64,000 bases of DNA from Candidatus Saccharimonadota bacterium (GCA_017512095.1 JAFWHC010000001.1:71099-135098), one strand, 5' to 3'. Counted from the first letter of the stretch, positions 38,120 through 47,969 are shown. The notes: generated from the sequence alone by a model not told the origin. Numbers and translations: made by a program.

Positions 38120-38146
38120 AAAATCCCCCGCTTGGCGGGGGATTTT
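38120..38146. terminator. Bidirectional terminator
   Basis: AAAATCCCCCGC-TTG-GCGGGGGATTTT. Confidence 0.8.
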
Positions 38147-38164
38147 GTGATAATCTGTTCGAGA

Positions 38165-38626
38165 TTATTTCTTGACGGTTGCGCCGGTGTATTTAGAGTT
38201 ACCGAAGGCAAGAATTAGATAGAAGATGAACGGAAGGAAGAAAAGGCCAACCTTGAAGCCAGCGCCCTTCTTAAAGGCGTCACCGAGTTTGATGGCGAAC
38301 AGAATGTCGATGAAGAGGACGTAGGCGGCCTGGAGGATAACTACGAGGTTGCTCTGTGTGCCGACAATGGCGCCGATGATTCCGATGACGAAAGGTACGG
38401 CAAGGACATAAATCCAGAAGTTGATGCCAATGATGTTGCAGAAGACGTAGGTGTTATAAATTGGGATGAGCGATTTCCAACCGGCTTCGCCTGCCTTGGT
38501 AAAAATCTTCCACCAAGCGATAATCATTAAAATGTAGACGATGAGGGTGGCGACGCCGACCGTGGCGAGCATCCCGCCAAGAATACCGCCTGCGGCGAGG
38601 GCTTGGTTTTGGGTTAGTGTTTCCAT
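38165..38626 (-). CDS. DUF5684-like membrane protein
   Basis: WKIFTKAGEAGWKSLIPIYN, AFKKGAGF, LILAFGNSKY. Confidence 0.8.
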   Translation of the reverse strand: METLTQNQALAAGGILGGMLATVGVATLIVYILMIIAWWKIFTKAGEAGWKSLIPIYNTYVFCNIIGINFWIYVLAVPFVIGIIGAIVGTQSNLVVILQAAYVLFIDILFAIKLGDAFKKGAGFKVGLFFLPFIFYLILAFGNSKYTGATVKK

Positions 38627-38686
38627 AGTAACTCCTTATGTTAATTAGTTTTATTTTAGCATGAAATTACTTGAAATGTAAAGATT

Positions 38687-38850
38687 TGGTGGGCTATGAC
38701 GAGAGCCGATTCGCTAGAATCCGACGAGTCGTCGCCTTGCTTCGCAAGGCTCACTTTTCTGCGTCGTCTCGATAAAACTAAAATGAGTTTTAGTTTTATC
38801 TCGGACTCCTTGAAAAGGCGAACTACGTTCTCGTCTCATCGGGACTAACA
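38687..38850. repeat. Branched hairpin element with tRNA 3'-end-like remnants downstream of tRNA-Asp
   Basis: GCCTTGC-TTC-GCAAGGC, 13 bp GATAAAACTAAAA/TTTTAGTTTTATC, 10 nt ATCCGACGAG shared with tRNA-Asp, minus-strand end CTCGTCATAGCCCACCA. Confidence 0.6.
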
Positions 38851-38890
38851 TAAGCATAAAAATAAACCCTAAAGGGTTTCTTTTTATGCT

Positions 38891-38967
38891 TGGCGGATCC
38901 GACGAGACTCGAACTCGCGACCTCTGCCGTGACAGGGCAGCGCTCTAACCAACTGAGCTACGAATCC
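38891..38967 (-). tRNA. tRNA-Asp (GTC)
   Basis: GGATTCG..CGGATCC-G-CCA; anticodon loop CT-GTC-AC. Confidence 0.96.
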
Positions 38968-39039
38968 TGATAGAGGTGATTATATATTATTTTATAGTTT
39001 TTTTCAAGTATAAAATTTGTATGCTATAATATAAGTACT

Positions 39040-39444
39040 ATGAAAGAGATTCGTGCGGGGTTTAAAAAGATTTTTAGAGATGATAAGGTGTTCCTTTTAG
39101 GGATGGTGGTGCTATTTGCCTTGGGATTGTTGTTGGTTTTGCATACATTTATTCATTTTAAAGCGGGTGGAACGACGATGTATATTGGCTATTCGGACAT
39201 CGGTGGGTTTGATGGGGCCGATCAGATGTCGCTATGGAACTCCGGCGGGTATCGTACGGGTGGTTGGGCCGATATGGTGATTTTTCCGATTCTTGGTTTA
39301 GTGCTAGGAGTGTTGCATAACCTTTTTGCAATTCAAGTGTACGAACGGAGAGGGAAGGGATTTGCGGTGACGATGATATTGGTGTCTATTCTAGTGGCGG
39401 TGGGTGCGTTTGTGCTGCTTTTGAGGTTGCTCGGGGAGATTTAA
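39040..39444 (+). CDS. Hypothetical membrane protein (3 TM)
   Basis: 134 aa, hydrophobic segments, abuts GT2 gene. Confidence 0.75.
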   Translation: MKEIRAGFKKIFRDDKVFLLGMVVLFALGLLLVLHTFIHFKAGGTTMYIGYSDIGGFDGADQMSLWNSGGYRTGGWADMVIFPILGLVLGVLHNLFAIQVYERRGKGFAVTMILVSILVAVGAFVLLLRLLGEI

Positions 39445-41079
39445 GTGAAGCGAAGTTTGGAGATTCCGCTAGGTAAGCGGACTAGAAAATATCGATTTTT
39501 GGAAATTTTGCCGGGGGCAATTTCTTACGTTGGGGTTATTTTGTTGTTTCTTTTGTCGTATTTTAGTCCGATTGCGGGGGCGATTTATTTGATTACGATC
39601 ATATCAATGACGCTCGTGAAGGCAGTTGGGATTGCGTATCGCACATATGGTGGGTTTAATACGATGAAGGCTGCAGAAAAGGTGGATTGGCGGAAACGGT
39701 GTGAAGATTTGGAAGACCCGCATGAAGCATACGAAAGGCTGCATGAGCTTAATTCGGAAGAGTACAATTATTTTATACACGTAGCGAATTTAAGGCAAAT
39801 TTCTAGTGATCCAGAAGCAAAAGCAAGGTATTTGAAACCAAGCGAGATGTATCATGCCGTGATCATGGCGGCGTATAATGAGGGTATCGACACGATGCGG
39901 CCAAGTATCGAAGCCGTAAAGAATTCGACTTTCCCGAACAAACGGATAATCTTTGTTTTGGGGTATGAAGAGAGAGGCGGAGAAGAGATAGAGAAGACCG
40001 CGAAAGAATTAAAAAATTTGTTCAAGGACGATTTTAAGGATTTTTTATTGGTGAAGCATCCGGACGGATTGAAGGGCGAGATTAAAGGCAAGGGGCCGAA
40101 TCTTTGCTATGCGGGAGAGGCGTTGAGTAAGTATATTGTTCAGAAACATATTAACAGAGAAAAAGTGATGGTGACGACGATAGACAGTGATAATCAGATG
40201 AGTCCAAAATATTTGGATGCGTTAGCCTATGAGTTTTGCGTGAGGAATAACGTCGAACGGCAGCATCGGAGCTATCAGCCGATTTGTGTGTTCACGAATA
40301 ATATTTGGGATGCGGCGGCACCGATGCGGGTGATTGCGGTGTCGAACTCATTTTTTAACGTGATACAGACGATGCGACCGCATGCCCTCAGAAATTTTGC
40401 AAGCCATTCACAGCCTTTAGCGGCGCTTGAAGATATGAATTATTGGAGTAAACGGACTATTGTGGAAGATGGTCACCAATATTGGCGAAGTTATTTCTTC
40501 TTTAAAGGTGATTATGATGTCGTTCCTGTTAGGGTACCAATTGGGCAGGATGCGGTGTTAAACGATACGGTGCTAGAGACGTTGAAAGCACAATTTATTC
40601 AACTTCGACGATGGGACTATGGCGCGAGCGATGTGGCGTATGTGGGGAATCTGTTATTTGATAAGAATAGAGAAGTGCCATTCCTAAAAACATTGCCAAA
40701 GTTTGTCAGGTTGCTCGATTCGCACGTGACGGGAGCGTTGATAGCGCCGATTGTGGCGTTTGGCGGATGGGTGCCAATGATTATGAATTTGTCCGATAGG
40801 GGGATGGCGGTGTTTAATTTGCCTATGGTAGTGGGTGTAGTGCAGACAATCGCGAGCTTTGGGATTTTAGTGACGATTTTAGCATCGCTGAGAATGTTGC
40901 CAGAGAGGCCAAAGCGATATAAGAAATCACGGAAGATTTTGATGGTTCTGCAGTGGGTACTTGCGCCAATTATCGCGCTGGTTTATTCGAGTGCGGCGGC
41001 ATATTATTCGCAGACGAGACTTTTGATAGGGAAGTATATGGAATCCTTTGATGTCACGAAGAAGGTCGTGAAAAAATAG
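39445..41079 (+). CDS. Processive-type family 2 glycosyltransferase (integral membrane)
   Basis: MAAYNE, KGKG, IDSD, IVEDG, QLRRW; N- and C-terminal TMs. Confidence 0.88.
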   Translation: MKRSLEIPLGKRTRKYRFLEILPGAISYVGVILLFLLSYFSPIAGAIYLITIISMTLVKAVGIAYRTYGGFNTMKAAEKVDWRKRCEDLEDPHEAYERLHELNSEEYNYFIHVANLRQISSDPEAKARYLKPSEMYHAVIMAAYNEGIDTMRPSIEAVKNSTFPNKRIIFVLGYEERGGEEIEKTAKELKNLFKDDFKDFLLVKHPDGLKGEIKGKGPNLCYAGEALSKYIVQKHINREKVMVTTIDSDNQMSPKYLDALAYEFCVRNNVERQHRSYQPICVFTNNIWDAAAPMRVIAVSNSFFNVIQTMRPHALRNFASHSQPLAALEDMNYWSKRTIVEDGHQYWRSYFFFKGDYDVVPVRVPIGQDAVLNDTVLETLKAQFIQLRRWDYGASDVAYVGNLLFDKNREVPFLKTLPKFVRLLDSHVTGALIAPIVAFGGWVPMIMNLSDRGMAVFNLPMVVGVVQTIASFGILVTILASLRMLPERPKRYKKSRKILMVLQWVLAPIIALVYSSAAAYYSQTRLLIGKYMESFDVTKKVVKK

Positions 41080-41190
41080 TATTTTGGCATTAGGGGTTTA
41101 CTTTTTTTGAGTTTTGTGGTATAATAAGAGAGTAACTAGCTGAGAGGCTGGTTTGTTGTTCTCAATACTTATTTGATGGGAGGGATCACT

Positions 41191-41589
41191 TTGAAACTGT
41201 TTCACTTAGTACTCCGGAGAGACGGGCAGAATGATTGGATGAGGATTGATGTCTTGGGCGAAAATGGTAAGCCGCTCGCCGAGACGGAGAAGCTGGTCGC
41301 GTGCTATGAACTCGGAAAGATCGTGGTAGGCGAGACGAAAGAACGCGAGGGAAGCGTTTATCAGCTGTCTGCTGGTGAAGCCCATGCGGGGTATTTCCGA
41401 GAGCATCTGGCCGGACTGTCCTATCGGAAGCTCTATGAGATTCGGATGGCAAAGGACATGGTGCCAAAGCTGGTCTTTAGCGACAAGTCTGGATTGTATA
41501 ACGATAAGATGATATTGTCCTTTGTGCCGGACCGGATCGAGATGATTATGGTCAGGGATGACCGCACGGAGATTATTATCAGAGTTTAA
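41191..41589 (+). CDS. Hypothetical protein (orphan, ~132 aa)
   Basis: TG-G-TATAAT promoter, GGAGG SD 7 nt before TTG 41191, terminator ACGCCCCT/AGGGGGCGT-T tract. Confidence 0.6.
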   Translation: MKLFHLVLRRDGQNDWMRIDVLGENGKPLAETEKLVACYELGKIVVGETKEREGSVYQLSAGEAHAGYFREHLAGLSYRKLYEIRMAKDMVPKLVFSDKSGLYNDKMILSFVPDRIEMIMVRDDRTEIIIRV

Positions 41590-41659
41590 GTCTTGAGAGT
41601 TCTTTATTTTACGCCCCTAAGGGGGCGTTTTTCTTACTTTATGTTATAATGTAGATATT

Positions 41660-42895
41660 ATGAAATTATCGAAAACTTTTGTTAAAACTTTAAGAGATGC
41701 GCCGAAGGACGAGCAGGCTTTAAATGCGCAGCTTTTAATTCGCGCGGGGTATGTCCATAAAGAGATAGCGGGGGTGTATGATTATTTGCCTTTAGGATTA
41801 AGGGTAATTGAGAATATTAAACGCGTGATTAGGGAAGAGTTAAACGCGATTGGCGCAGAGGAAATGCAGCTGACGGCGTTACAGAATCCAGAACCGTGGA
41901 AGAAAACTGATAGATGGGATACCAAAAAGATGGATGTATGGTTCAAAACTGAGCTTGCTGCGGGAGGGGAACTTGGGCTTGCGCCGACGCATGAAGAACC
42001 GTTGACGAATCTGATGCGAGATTATGTTGCTTCGTATCGGGATTTGCCGGCGCTTGTGTATCAGTTCCAGACAAAGTTTAGGAATGAACTTAGAGCGAAA
42101 TCGGGGATTATGCGGACGCGCGAATTCTTGATGAAAGATTTATACTCCTTTACGACAGATGAGGAAGACCACAAAAGGATTTATGCTGAGGTCGAGGGGG
42201 CGTATAAGCGGATTTATGATCGACTAGGTATCGGTAACGATACATATGAAACATTTGCAAGCGGTGGAGTGTTTTCTAAGTATTCCCATGAATATCAGAC
42301 GTTGCTCCCGGTTGGAGAAGATACGGTTTATTATAATGCCGATAAATCAGTGGTTTTAAATAAAGAAGTGCTAGAGGATGAGGTTTTGAAGGATCTTGGC
42401 GTGACGCGTGAGGAACTTAGCGAGGGAACTGGAGCGGAAGTTGGAAACATTTTTACTCTTAAATATAAATATAGTGAACCACTAGGGCTAAAATTCCAGA
42501 GCAGAGAGGGGAAGCAAGAAACGGTGTTTATGGGGTGCTACGGAATTGGCGTGAGCCGCGTAATGGGGGTGATTGTGGAGAAGTTTGCAGATGAGAAGGG
42601 TTTGGTCTGGCCGGAAGAAGTGGCTCCGTATAAGTATCATTTTGTGGCGATAGGAGAAGAAGGTTTAAGAAAAGCGAACGAGATATACGAAAAGTTTCGC
42701 GAGAAGGATGAGATTTTGTTGGACGATAGAGATGCTCGCTTTGGCGAGAAGATGAGCGATGCGGAGCTGATGGGGTTACCGTATCGAGTAATTATTTCCG
42801 ATCGAACACTTGCCGACGGGGAGGTTGAAGTTGCGGAACGGATGACAGGTAAAACGTATCGGATTGGACTTGACAAGTTCGAGGCTTCTTTGTAA
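41660..42895 (+). CDS. proS: Prolyl-tRNA synthetase (short form without INS editing domain)
   Basis: LLIRAGYV, LAPTHEE, YQFQTKFRNELR, GCYGIGVSR, anticodon-binding domain. Confidence 0.96.
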   Translation: MKLSKTFVKTLRDAPKDEQALNAQLLIRAGYVHKEIAGVYDYLPLGLRVIENIKRVIREELNAIGAEEMQLTALQNPEPWKKTDRWDTKKMDVWFKTELAAGGELGLAPTHEEPLTNLMRDYVASYRDLPALVYQFQTKFRNELRAKSGIMRTREFLMKDLYSFTTDEEDHKRIYAEVEGAYKRIYDRLGIGNDTYETFASGGVFSKYSHEYQTLLPVGEDTVYYNADKSVVLNKEVLEDEVLKDLGVTREELSEGTGAEVGNIFTLKYKYSEPLGLKFQSREGKQETVFMGCYGIGVSRVMGVIVEKFADEKGLVWPEEVAPYKYHFVAIGEEGLRKANEIYEKFREKDEILLDDRDARFGEKMSDAELMGLPYRVIISDRTLADGEVEVAERMTGKTYRIGLDKFEASL

Positions 42896-42943
42896 ACTCT
42901 AGGAAGTATTATTGAAAATGTTTATACTTCCTAAAGGAGGTTT

Positions 42944-43390
42944 ATGAAAAAGATTGTCGAATTAACTAAAGAGGGGAAAAAAGAGCTTGAAGACGAACTT
43001 AAATCGCGGATAGCCGAGCGCGACGTGATTATCGAGAAGATTGCAACGGCGAGAGCGTTTGGCGATCTTTCTGAGAATGAAGATTACTCGGCGGCACGGG
43101 CAGAGCAGAAGATCAACGAACATAGAATTGCGGAGATTGAGGGGATTTTGAAGAGCGCGAAAGTGATTGCGAATCGTGGACATGAAAAAGTAGGACTTGG
43201 TGCGACGGTGACAGTTTCTTTGAATGGGAAGAAAACGACTTATTCGATTGTGGGGCCAGTGGAAGCGAATCCGTTGGAGGGAAAAATTTCTAACGAAAGC
43301 CCACTTGGCAAAGCGATGTTGGGACGTCGCGCCGGAGAAGAATATACGCTTCCAAATGGCAATAAAGGTAAGATTATAAGTGTTGAATAG
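42944..43390 (+). CDS. greA: Transcription elongation factor GreA
   Basis: ARAFGDLSENEDYSAA, ISNESPLGKAMLG. Confidence 0.96.
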   Translation: MKKIVELTKEGKKELEDELKSRIAERDVIIEKIATARAFGDLSENEDYSAARAEQKINEHRIAEIEGILKSAKVIANRGHEKVGLGATVTVSLNGKKTTYSIVGPVEANPLEGKISNESPLGKAMLGRRAGEEYTLPNGNKGKIISVE

Positions 43391-43433
43391 AAAATAAGGC
43401 CCCAAGGGGCTTTATTTTTGTTATAATATGATT

Positions 43434-44285
43434 ATGGATAACCGTTTGAAGCGAATTTATCGTGCGAGCTATTATGGAATTGGGGTGAATTTGTTTTTGG
43501 TGGTCATAAAGATGGCGGTTGGAATGATGTCCGGATCGGTGTCGGTTTTGACTGATGCGATAAATAATGCGACGGACGTTCTGAGTTCGGTTGTGACACT
43601 TGTGGCGACAAAGTTGGCGCAGAAAAAGCCAGATAAAGAACATCCGCATGGGCACGGACGGATTGAATATCTTGCGCAAGTAATTGTGGGGATTATTATT
43701 CTGCTGGTTGGCGTGATGGCGATTGTGCAAAGCGTGCCGAGGGTGGAAAAGCCAGTAGTAGCCAGCTATTCGGCGCTAACATTGGTAGTTATTACAGTTT
43801 CTATAGTTTTGAAGTTTGCAATTTCTCGATACTTTAGGAAGGTTGGGCGCGAAACACAGTCGGGAAGTTTGGAGGCGTCAGGCGTAGATGCGATGTTCGA
43901 TATGCTGTTGACGCTCGGAACGTTGGTTGGGGCGGGGATTAGTTTGGTTTTTAATATTTCGATTGATGGGTGGATTGGGCTAGTGATTGCGGCGTTTATT
44001 ATCAAGACGGCTTTTGAGATTATTTCTGATGGGATGACGGATGTGATTGGTGGAAGGGTGGACGAAAAACTGGCGAGAAAAATTCGCGAGAGAATTCGTG
44101 AACACGAAGAGGTGAAGAAAATCAATAGGCTGATTTTGCATGAGTACGGGCCTGGGAAAACGGTTGGCGCGGTGAGAGTTGAGGTGAAATCTGGGATGGA
44201 GATGAGAGAATTTAGGAAACTTGCGGAGAAGATACAGGACGAGCTTGCGGAGGAGTTTGGAGCAGATATTACAGTCGGGGTTTAA
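43434..44285 (+). CDS. Cation diffusion facilitator family transporter
   Basis: DAINNATDV, KPDKEHPHGHGRIEY, ASGVDAMFD, LHEYGP. Confidence 0.93.
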   Translation: MDNRLKRIYRASYYGIGVNLFLVVIKMAVGMMSGSVSVLTDAINNATDVLSSVVTLVATKLAQKKPDKEHPHGHGRIEYLAQVIVGIIILLVGVMAIVQSVPRVEKPVVASYSALTLVVITVSIVLKFAISRYFRKVGRETQSGSLEASGVDAMFDMLLTLGTLVGAGISLVFNISIDGWIGLVIAAFIIKTAFEIISDGMTDVIGGRVDEKLARKIRERIREHEEVKKINRLILHEYGPGKTVGAVRVEVKSGMEMREFRKLAEKIQDELAEEFGADITVGV

Positions 44286-44376
44286 AATGCGCAAGTGGGT
44301 AGGCTAGCATAAGATTGACTTTTTGTTTTTTATGACTTAAAATATAAGCATAAGGGTCAAAATAAAAAAGGAAAGC

Positions 44377-47178
44377 ATGGGTACTCCACACTCACCACTT
44401 GGTATTCCTGTATGGAAGCGTTTTTATGGTAAATTCGCAAAATTTGCAGGTGAATATAAATATTTTTTGATAATCGGAACACTGGCGATGATTGTGCCAG
44501 TGGTTTTTGGTTTGGCATTTGCGGAGGGAGATGAAGGCGGCATAATTTTGGATGACAATGAGACGGCCGGATTGTTGTCGCAAGAACATTCTGTGGGTGG
44601 GGTGGATTGGGGCTTAGATAACGCATTTTACAAGGAATATTATACTGGGTCGTCAGTTAATCCGTATATAATGTATGGGGCGACGGCGTTGCCAACTTAT
44701 TATAATTCACGTGAAGAGGCGTTTGGTGCGAGCGTAACGGATAAGGACCAAAAAACGGAGGGGCTTTGTTGGGCGAATGCGGCAGCGACTACTTTGGAAT
44801 ATTCCTTGCTCAAAACGGGCACTTCTAGTGCGGTGGCGCGAAACGTGATGGCGCCAAAGCATTTGGATTATCAAATGTTGCCGTCGTCGACTGCATATGT
44901 AGCAGCTGATGTGACGGCGGGCTTGAAGAATGGCGCCGCAGATAGAATAAAATCAATCTTAGATGTAGAAAGAGTGCCTGGAGACGGAGGAAGTACTTTT
45001 GTACTGTTTGCTGGGTTGGTTAACCCGTTAGTGCAAATGGGGGAAACTGATTTTGCGACGGCGATTAAAGCGAACGATAGTAGATTGGCTGGAATAAACA
45101 CCTATGAAGATATTTGGTCGCTCGGGCTTGACTCGACCGTATTGAATGCTAATGGCGCTTATGATGTAAAACAACGCTATGCAGCGATGAATGATGTTTC
45201 TAAAACTAATTATATCGTTACTGACATGGAAGAAATATATTATCCGATTTATGGTGCAAGTTCGGATAAGGCGACTGTGGTTGAAACAATTAAATCGGCC
45301 GTGAAGAAATATGGGGCGGTTGAGGTGTTGTCAGCTTTTGACGAGGACAACTGTATGAGTTCGGGGTATAGAGTAGATGATGATGGTGATGCGGTGGCGA
45401 TTGACGGCGTTTATCAATTTGATTATGTTGTGATTGAGCGTAGAACGAGCGAAAAAAATACACAGTGCGCTGACGATTCTGGGCATGCGATGACAATCGT
45501 TGGTTGGGACGACGGCTTTAAATATGATGATAATGGCACGACTAAAACAGGAGTATTTATTATTCAAAATTCCTGGGGTGATGGTTTTATTGATGATTTA
45601 GTAGTGAACAATACTGCGACTAACCAAGATGTGACAATAGATGTTCAGCAAAACTATTTCATGAGCTATGAATCAGCATTTGATGCTACGTATTATACGA
45701 ATATTGAACCGTTGAGTAATTATGATAATTATTATTCTGCTAATGATTATAAGACGGCGACGCTTAATGAGAACGCTAGTGAGGAGATTTTTGAATTTAC
45801 GTCGAATGGCAAAGAGACGCTCGAAAAAATTGTTTTCGTGGAGGCTTTTCAATCATCTAGCTATGATATATACGTGAGTGACGATGGCACAAGCGGTAAT
45901 TTTGTGAAGGCGGGGACTGTGTCGGCAAGACTTGGGATTAATTCGTTTGACGTTCCGAACGAGGTTTTAGTGAATGGAAATTTTGCGATTAAGTTAGTCA
46001 GAAGCAATCCGTTTGACGAGGGTTCAAGAGCTTTCAATATTGCGACGGTTTATTCGAAGAACTACGATGAGCCAGAGCCAGAAGATCCAACGAAGACCTT
46101 TGTGGCAACATTTGATGCGAACGGTGGGAGTTTTACGGGTGGAACAACAAAGACGACGTCTTGTACGACTACGGGGACGAGCTGTACAGTTCTAGTGGTT
46201 ACCGAGGCGCCGACGCTGAGTGGTTCAAAGTTTGCTGGTTGGGCGGATAGTGAGACTGCGAATGAAACGACGTATTATGCAGGAGGTTCTTTGACCTTGA
46301 CGGCAGATAAAACGGTTTATGCGGTTTATGCGGGAGGAAACGTGACGTGGAGGCAGGGGCAGACGCATACGGTGGGTAGCGGGGAGGATTTAGTAGTCAG
46401 AGTTGATTTGCCGCTTTCGGCGTTTAAGGAAGTTAAGGTTGATGGCGCGACGGTTGAGACTAGTAATTATTCGACGACATCTGGAAGTACGATATTAACA
46501 CTTGATTCGGCGTTTGCGGATTCGCTGAGTGTTGGCGAACACTCGTTGGCGATTGTATTTAAGACGCCGTTGACCATAACAACGACTTTTACGGTTGAGA
46601 ATGAAAGTGGCGAAGAGCCGGAGCCGGTGACGCCACAGTCGAGCAATGCGTATCTTGAGATGATTGATGTGGTATATAAAATTGGGGGCGAAGAGAAACA
46701 TGCGACGCTTGAACCGGAGTTTGATAAGGATACATATGATTATGAAGTAGTGATTCCGGAGGGTTATGATGCGGATGCGTACGGCGATGACGCGTCGGTG
46801 ATGGTGTACGGATACGTGGAAGATGAAGCGGCGGAAGCCGAGGCGAGTTCGGAGCTTTTGGGGGATGGTGTTGAACTGATGACGATTGTAGTGACGGCAG
46901 AGGACGGTTCGAAGAAGACTTATATGGTGACGATTTATTATCTCAGCGAAGTGCCAGAAGTGCCGGAGACGGGCGGCGGGACGGACCCGGTGGTGCCGGT
47001 GACTCCTAGTGCGCCGAACACTGGGTTTATGATGATAAGTAAGAGCAGTATAAAGGGAGCTGGAATTGGCTTAGGTTTTGTTGTGACTGTAGTTGTTGTA
47101 GTTTTGATAGCTAGTGCGTGTCTTATCGGGTTTAGGGGAAGAAGAAACGGACAGATGGTTTACGTGACAGAAGCGTAA
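44377..47178 (+). CDS. Secreted, putatively sortase-anchored papain-like (C1A) cysteine protease with B-repeat and Ig/cadherin-like domains
   Basis: Signal peptide ..GLAFA; DQKTEGLCWA (Cys131), GHAMTIVGW (His370), QNSWG (Asn398); TFDANGG repeat; APNTG + TM + RGRR tail. Confidence 0.85.
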   Translation: MGTPHSPLGIPVWKRFYGKFAKFAGEYKYFLIIGTLAMIVPVVFGLAFAEGDEGGIILDDNETAGLLSQEHSVGGVDWGLDNAFYKEYYTGSSVNPYIMYGATALPTYYNSREEAFGASVTDKDQKTEGLCWANAAATTLEYSLLKTGTSSAVARNVMAPKHLDYQMLPSSTAYVAADVTAGLKNGAADRIKSILDVERVPGDGGSTFVLFAGLVNPLVQMGETDFATAIKANDSRLAGINTYEDIWSLGLDSTVLNANGAYDVKQRYAAMNDVSKTNYIVTDMEEIYYPIYGASSDKATVVETIKSAVKKYGAVEVLSAFDEDNCMSSGYRVDDDGDAVAIDGVYQFDYVVIERRTSEKNTQCADDSGHAMTIVGWDDGFKYDDNGTTKTGVFIIQNSWGDGFIDDLVVNNTATNQDVTIDVQQNYFMSYESAFDATYYTNIEPLSNYDNYYSANDYKTATLNENASEEIFEFTSNGKETLEKIVFVEAFQSSSYDIYVSDDGTSGNFVKAGTVSARLGINSFDVPNEVLVNGNFAIKLVRSNPFDEGSRAFNIATVYSKNYDEPEPEDPTKTFVATFDANGGSFTGGTTKTTSCTTTGTSCTVLVVTEAPTLSGSKFAGWADSETANETTYYAGGSLTLTADKTVYAVYAGGNVTWRQGQTHTVGSGEDLVVRVDLPLSAFKEVKVDGATVETSNYSTTSGSTILTLDSAFADSLSVGEHSLAIVFKTPLTITTTFTVENESGEEPEPVTPQSSNAYLEMIDVVYKIGGEEKHATLEPEFDKDTYDYEVVIPEGYDADAYGDDASVMVYGYVEDEAAEAEASSELLGDGVELMTIVVTAEDGSKKTYMVTIYYLSEVPEVPETGGGTDPVVPVTPSAPNTGFMMISKSSIKGAGIGLGFVVTVVVVVLIASACLIGFRGRRNGQMVYVTEA

Positions 47179-47234
47179 GTTTGCGGCTGTGGGGGTGCTT
47201 GAGGGATGTGATATAATTGAGAGGAAGGAGGAAA

Positions 47235-47789
47235 ATGAAGTTATTTTTAGCGAGACATGGCGAGACGGAGTGGAATAGAGAAGGGAAAATGCAGGGGCGG
47301 CTTGGGGTGGGGCTTGATGAGACGGGAGTGAAGCAAGTTGAGGCCCTTCGGGACAAAATGCGTGAGAAGGGGCTTGAATTTGACGCTTGTTTTGCGTCGC
47401 CTTTAAAACGAGCGGCGGAAACGGCGGCGATTTTGGTTGGTGGAAAGAATGAGATTTTGTATGATGAACGATTGGTTGAGCGAGGATTCGGAGAATTTGA
47501 AGGGAAGAGCTTTGAGGAATATTTAGATGGGACAAAGGGGAACGATACACTTGATTTGAGATTGAACTACGATGAGCGTGGGGTGGAGCCTGTTCGTGAG
47601 GTATTTGAGAGGGCAGGAGAGTTTCTAGCAGATTTGAGAGAAAAATATTCGGGAGACGAGAAGATTTTGGTGGTGGCGCATGGTTCGCTTTTGAGAGCGT
47701 TGCACTTTTGTATTGTGGGGTATGATGACGATACGAATCTTCACGAGATACACTTTGAGAATGCAGAGATGAGAGAATATCAGATATAA
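47235..47789 (+). CDS. Histidine phosphatase family protein
   Basis: LARHGETEWN, SPLKRA, ERGFGEFEG, VAHG; SD AAGGAGG. Confidence 0.93.
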   Translation: MKLFLARHGETEWNREGKMQGRLGVGLDETGVKQVEALRDKMREKGLEFDACFASPLKRAAETAAILVGGKNEILYDERLVERGFGEFEGKSFEEYLDGTKGNDTLDLRLNYDERGVEPVREVFERAGEFLADLREKYSGDEKILVVAHGSLLRALHFCIVGYDDDTNLHEIHFENAEMREYQI

Positions 47790-47824
47790 AAAAGTAAGAC
47801 CGTACAGGTCTTCTTTTTTTGTAA

Positions 47825-47901
47825 TGGTGGGTCGCAAGGGGCTCGAACCCCTGACCTCCTCGGTGTAAACGAGGCGCTCTAGCCAACTGAGCTAGCGACC
47901 C
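47825..47901 (-). tRNA. tRNA-Val (TAC)
   Basis: GGGTCGC..GCGACCC-A-CCA; anticodon loop TT-TAC-AC. Confidence 0.96.
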
Positions 47902-47969
47902 GATTACTCTTTAATTATAACACAGATGTGATAAAATATAGAACATAATATAAAGGAAAGGATAAAGCT

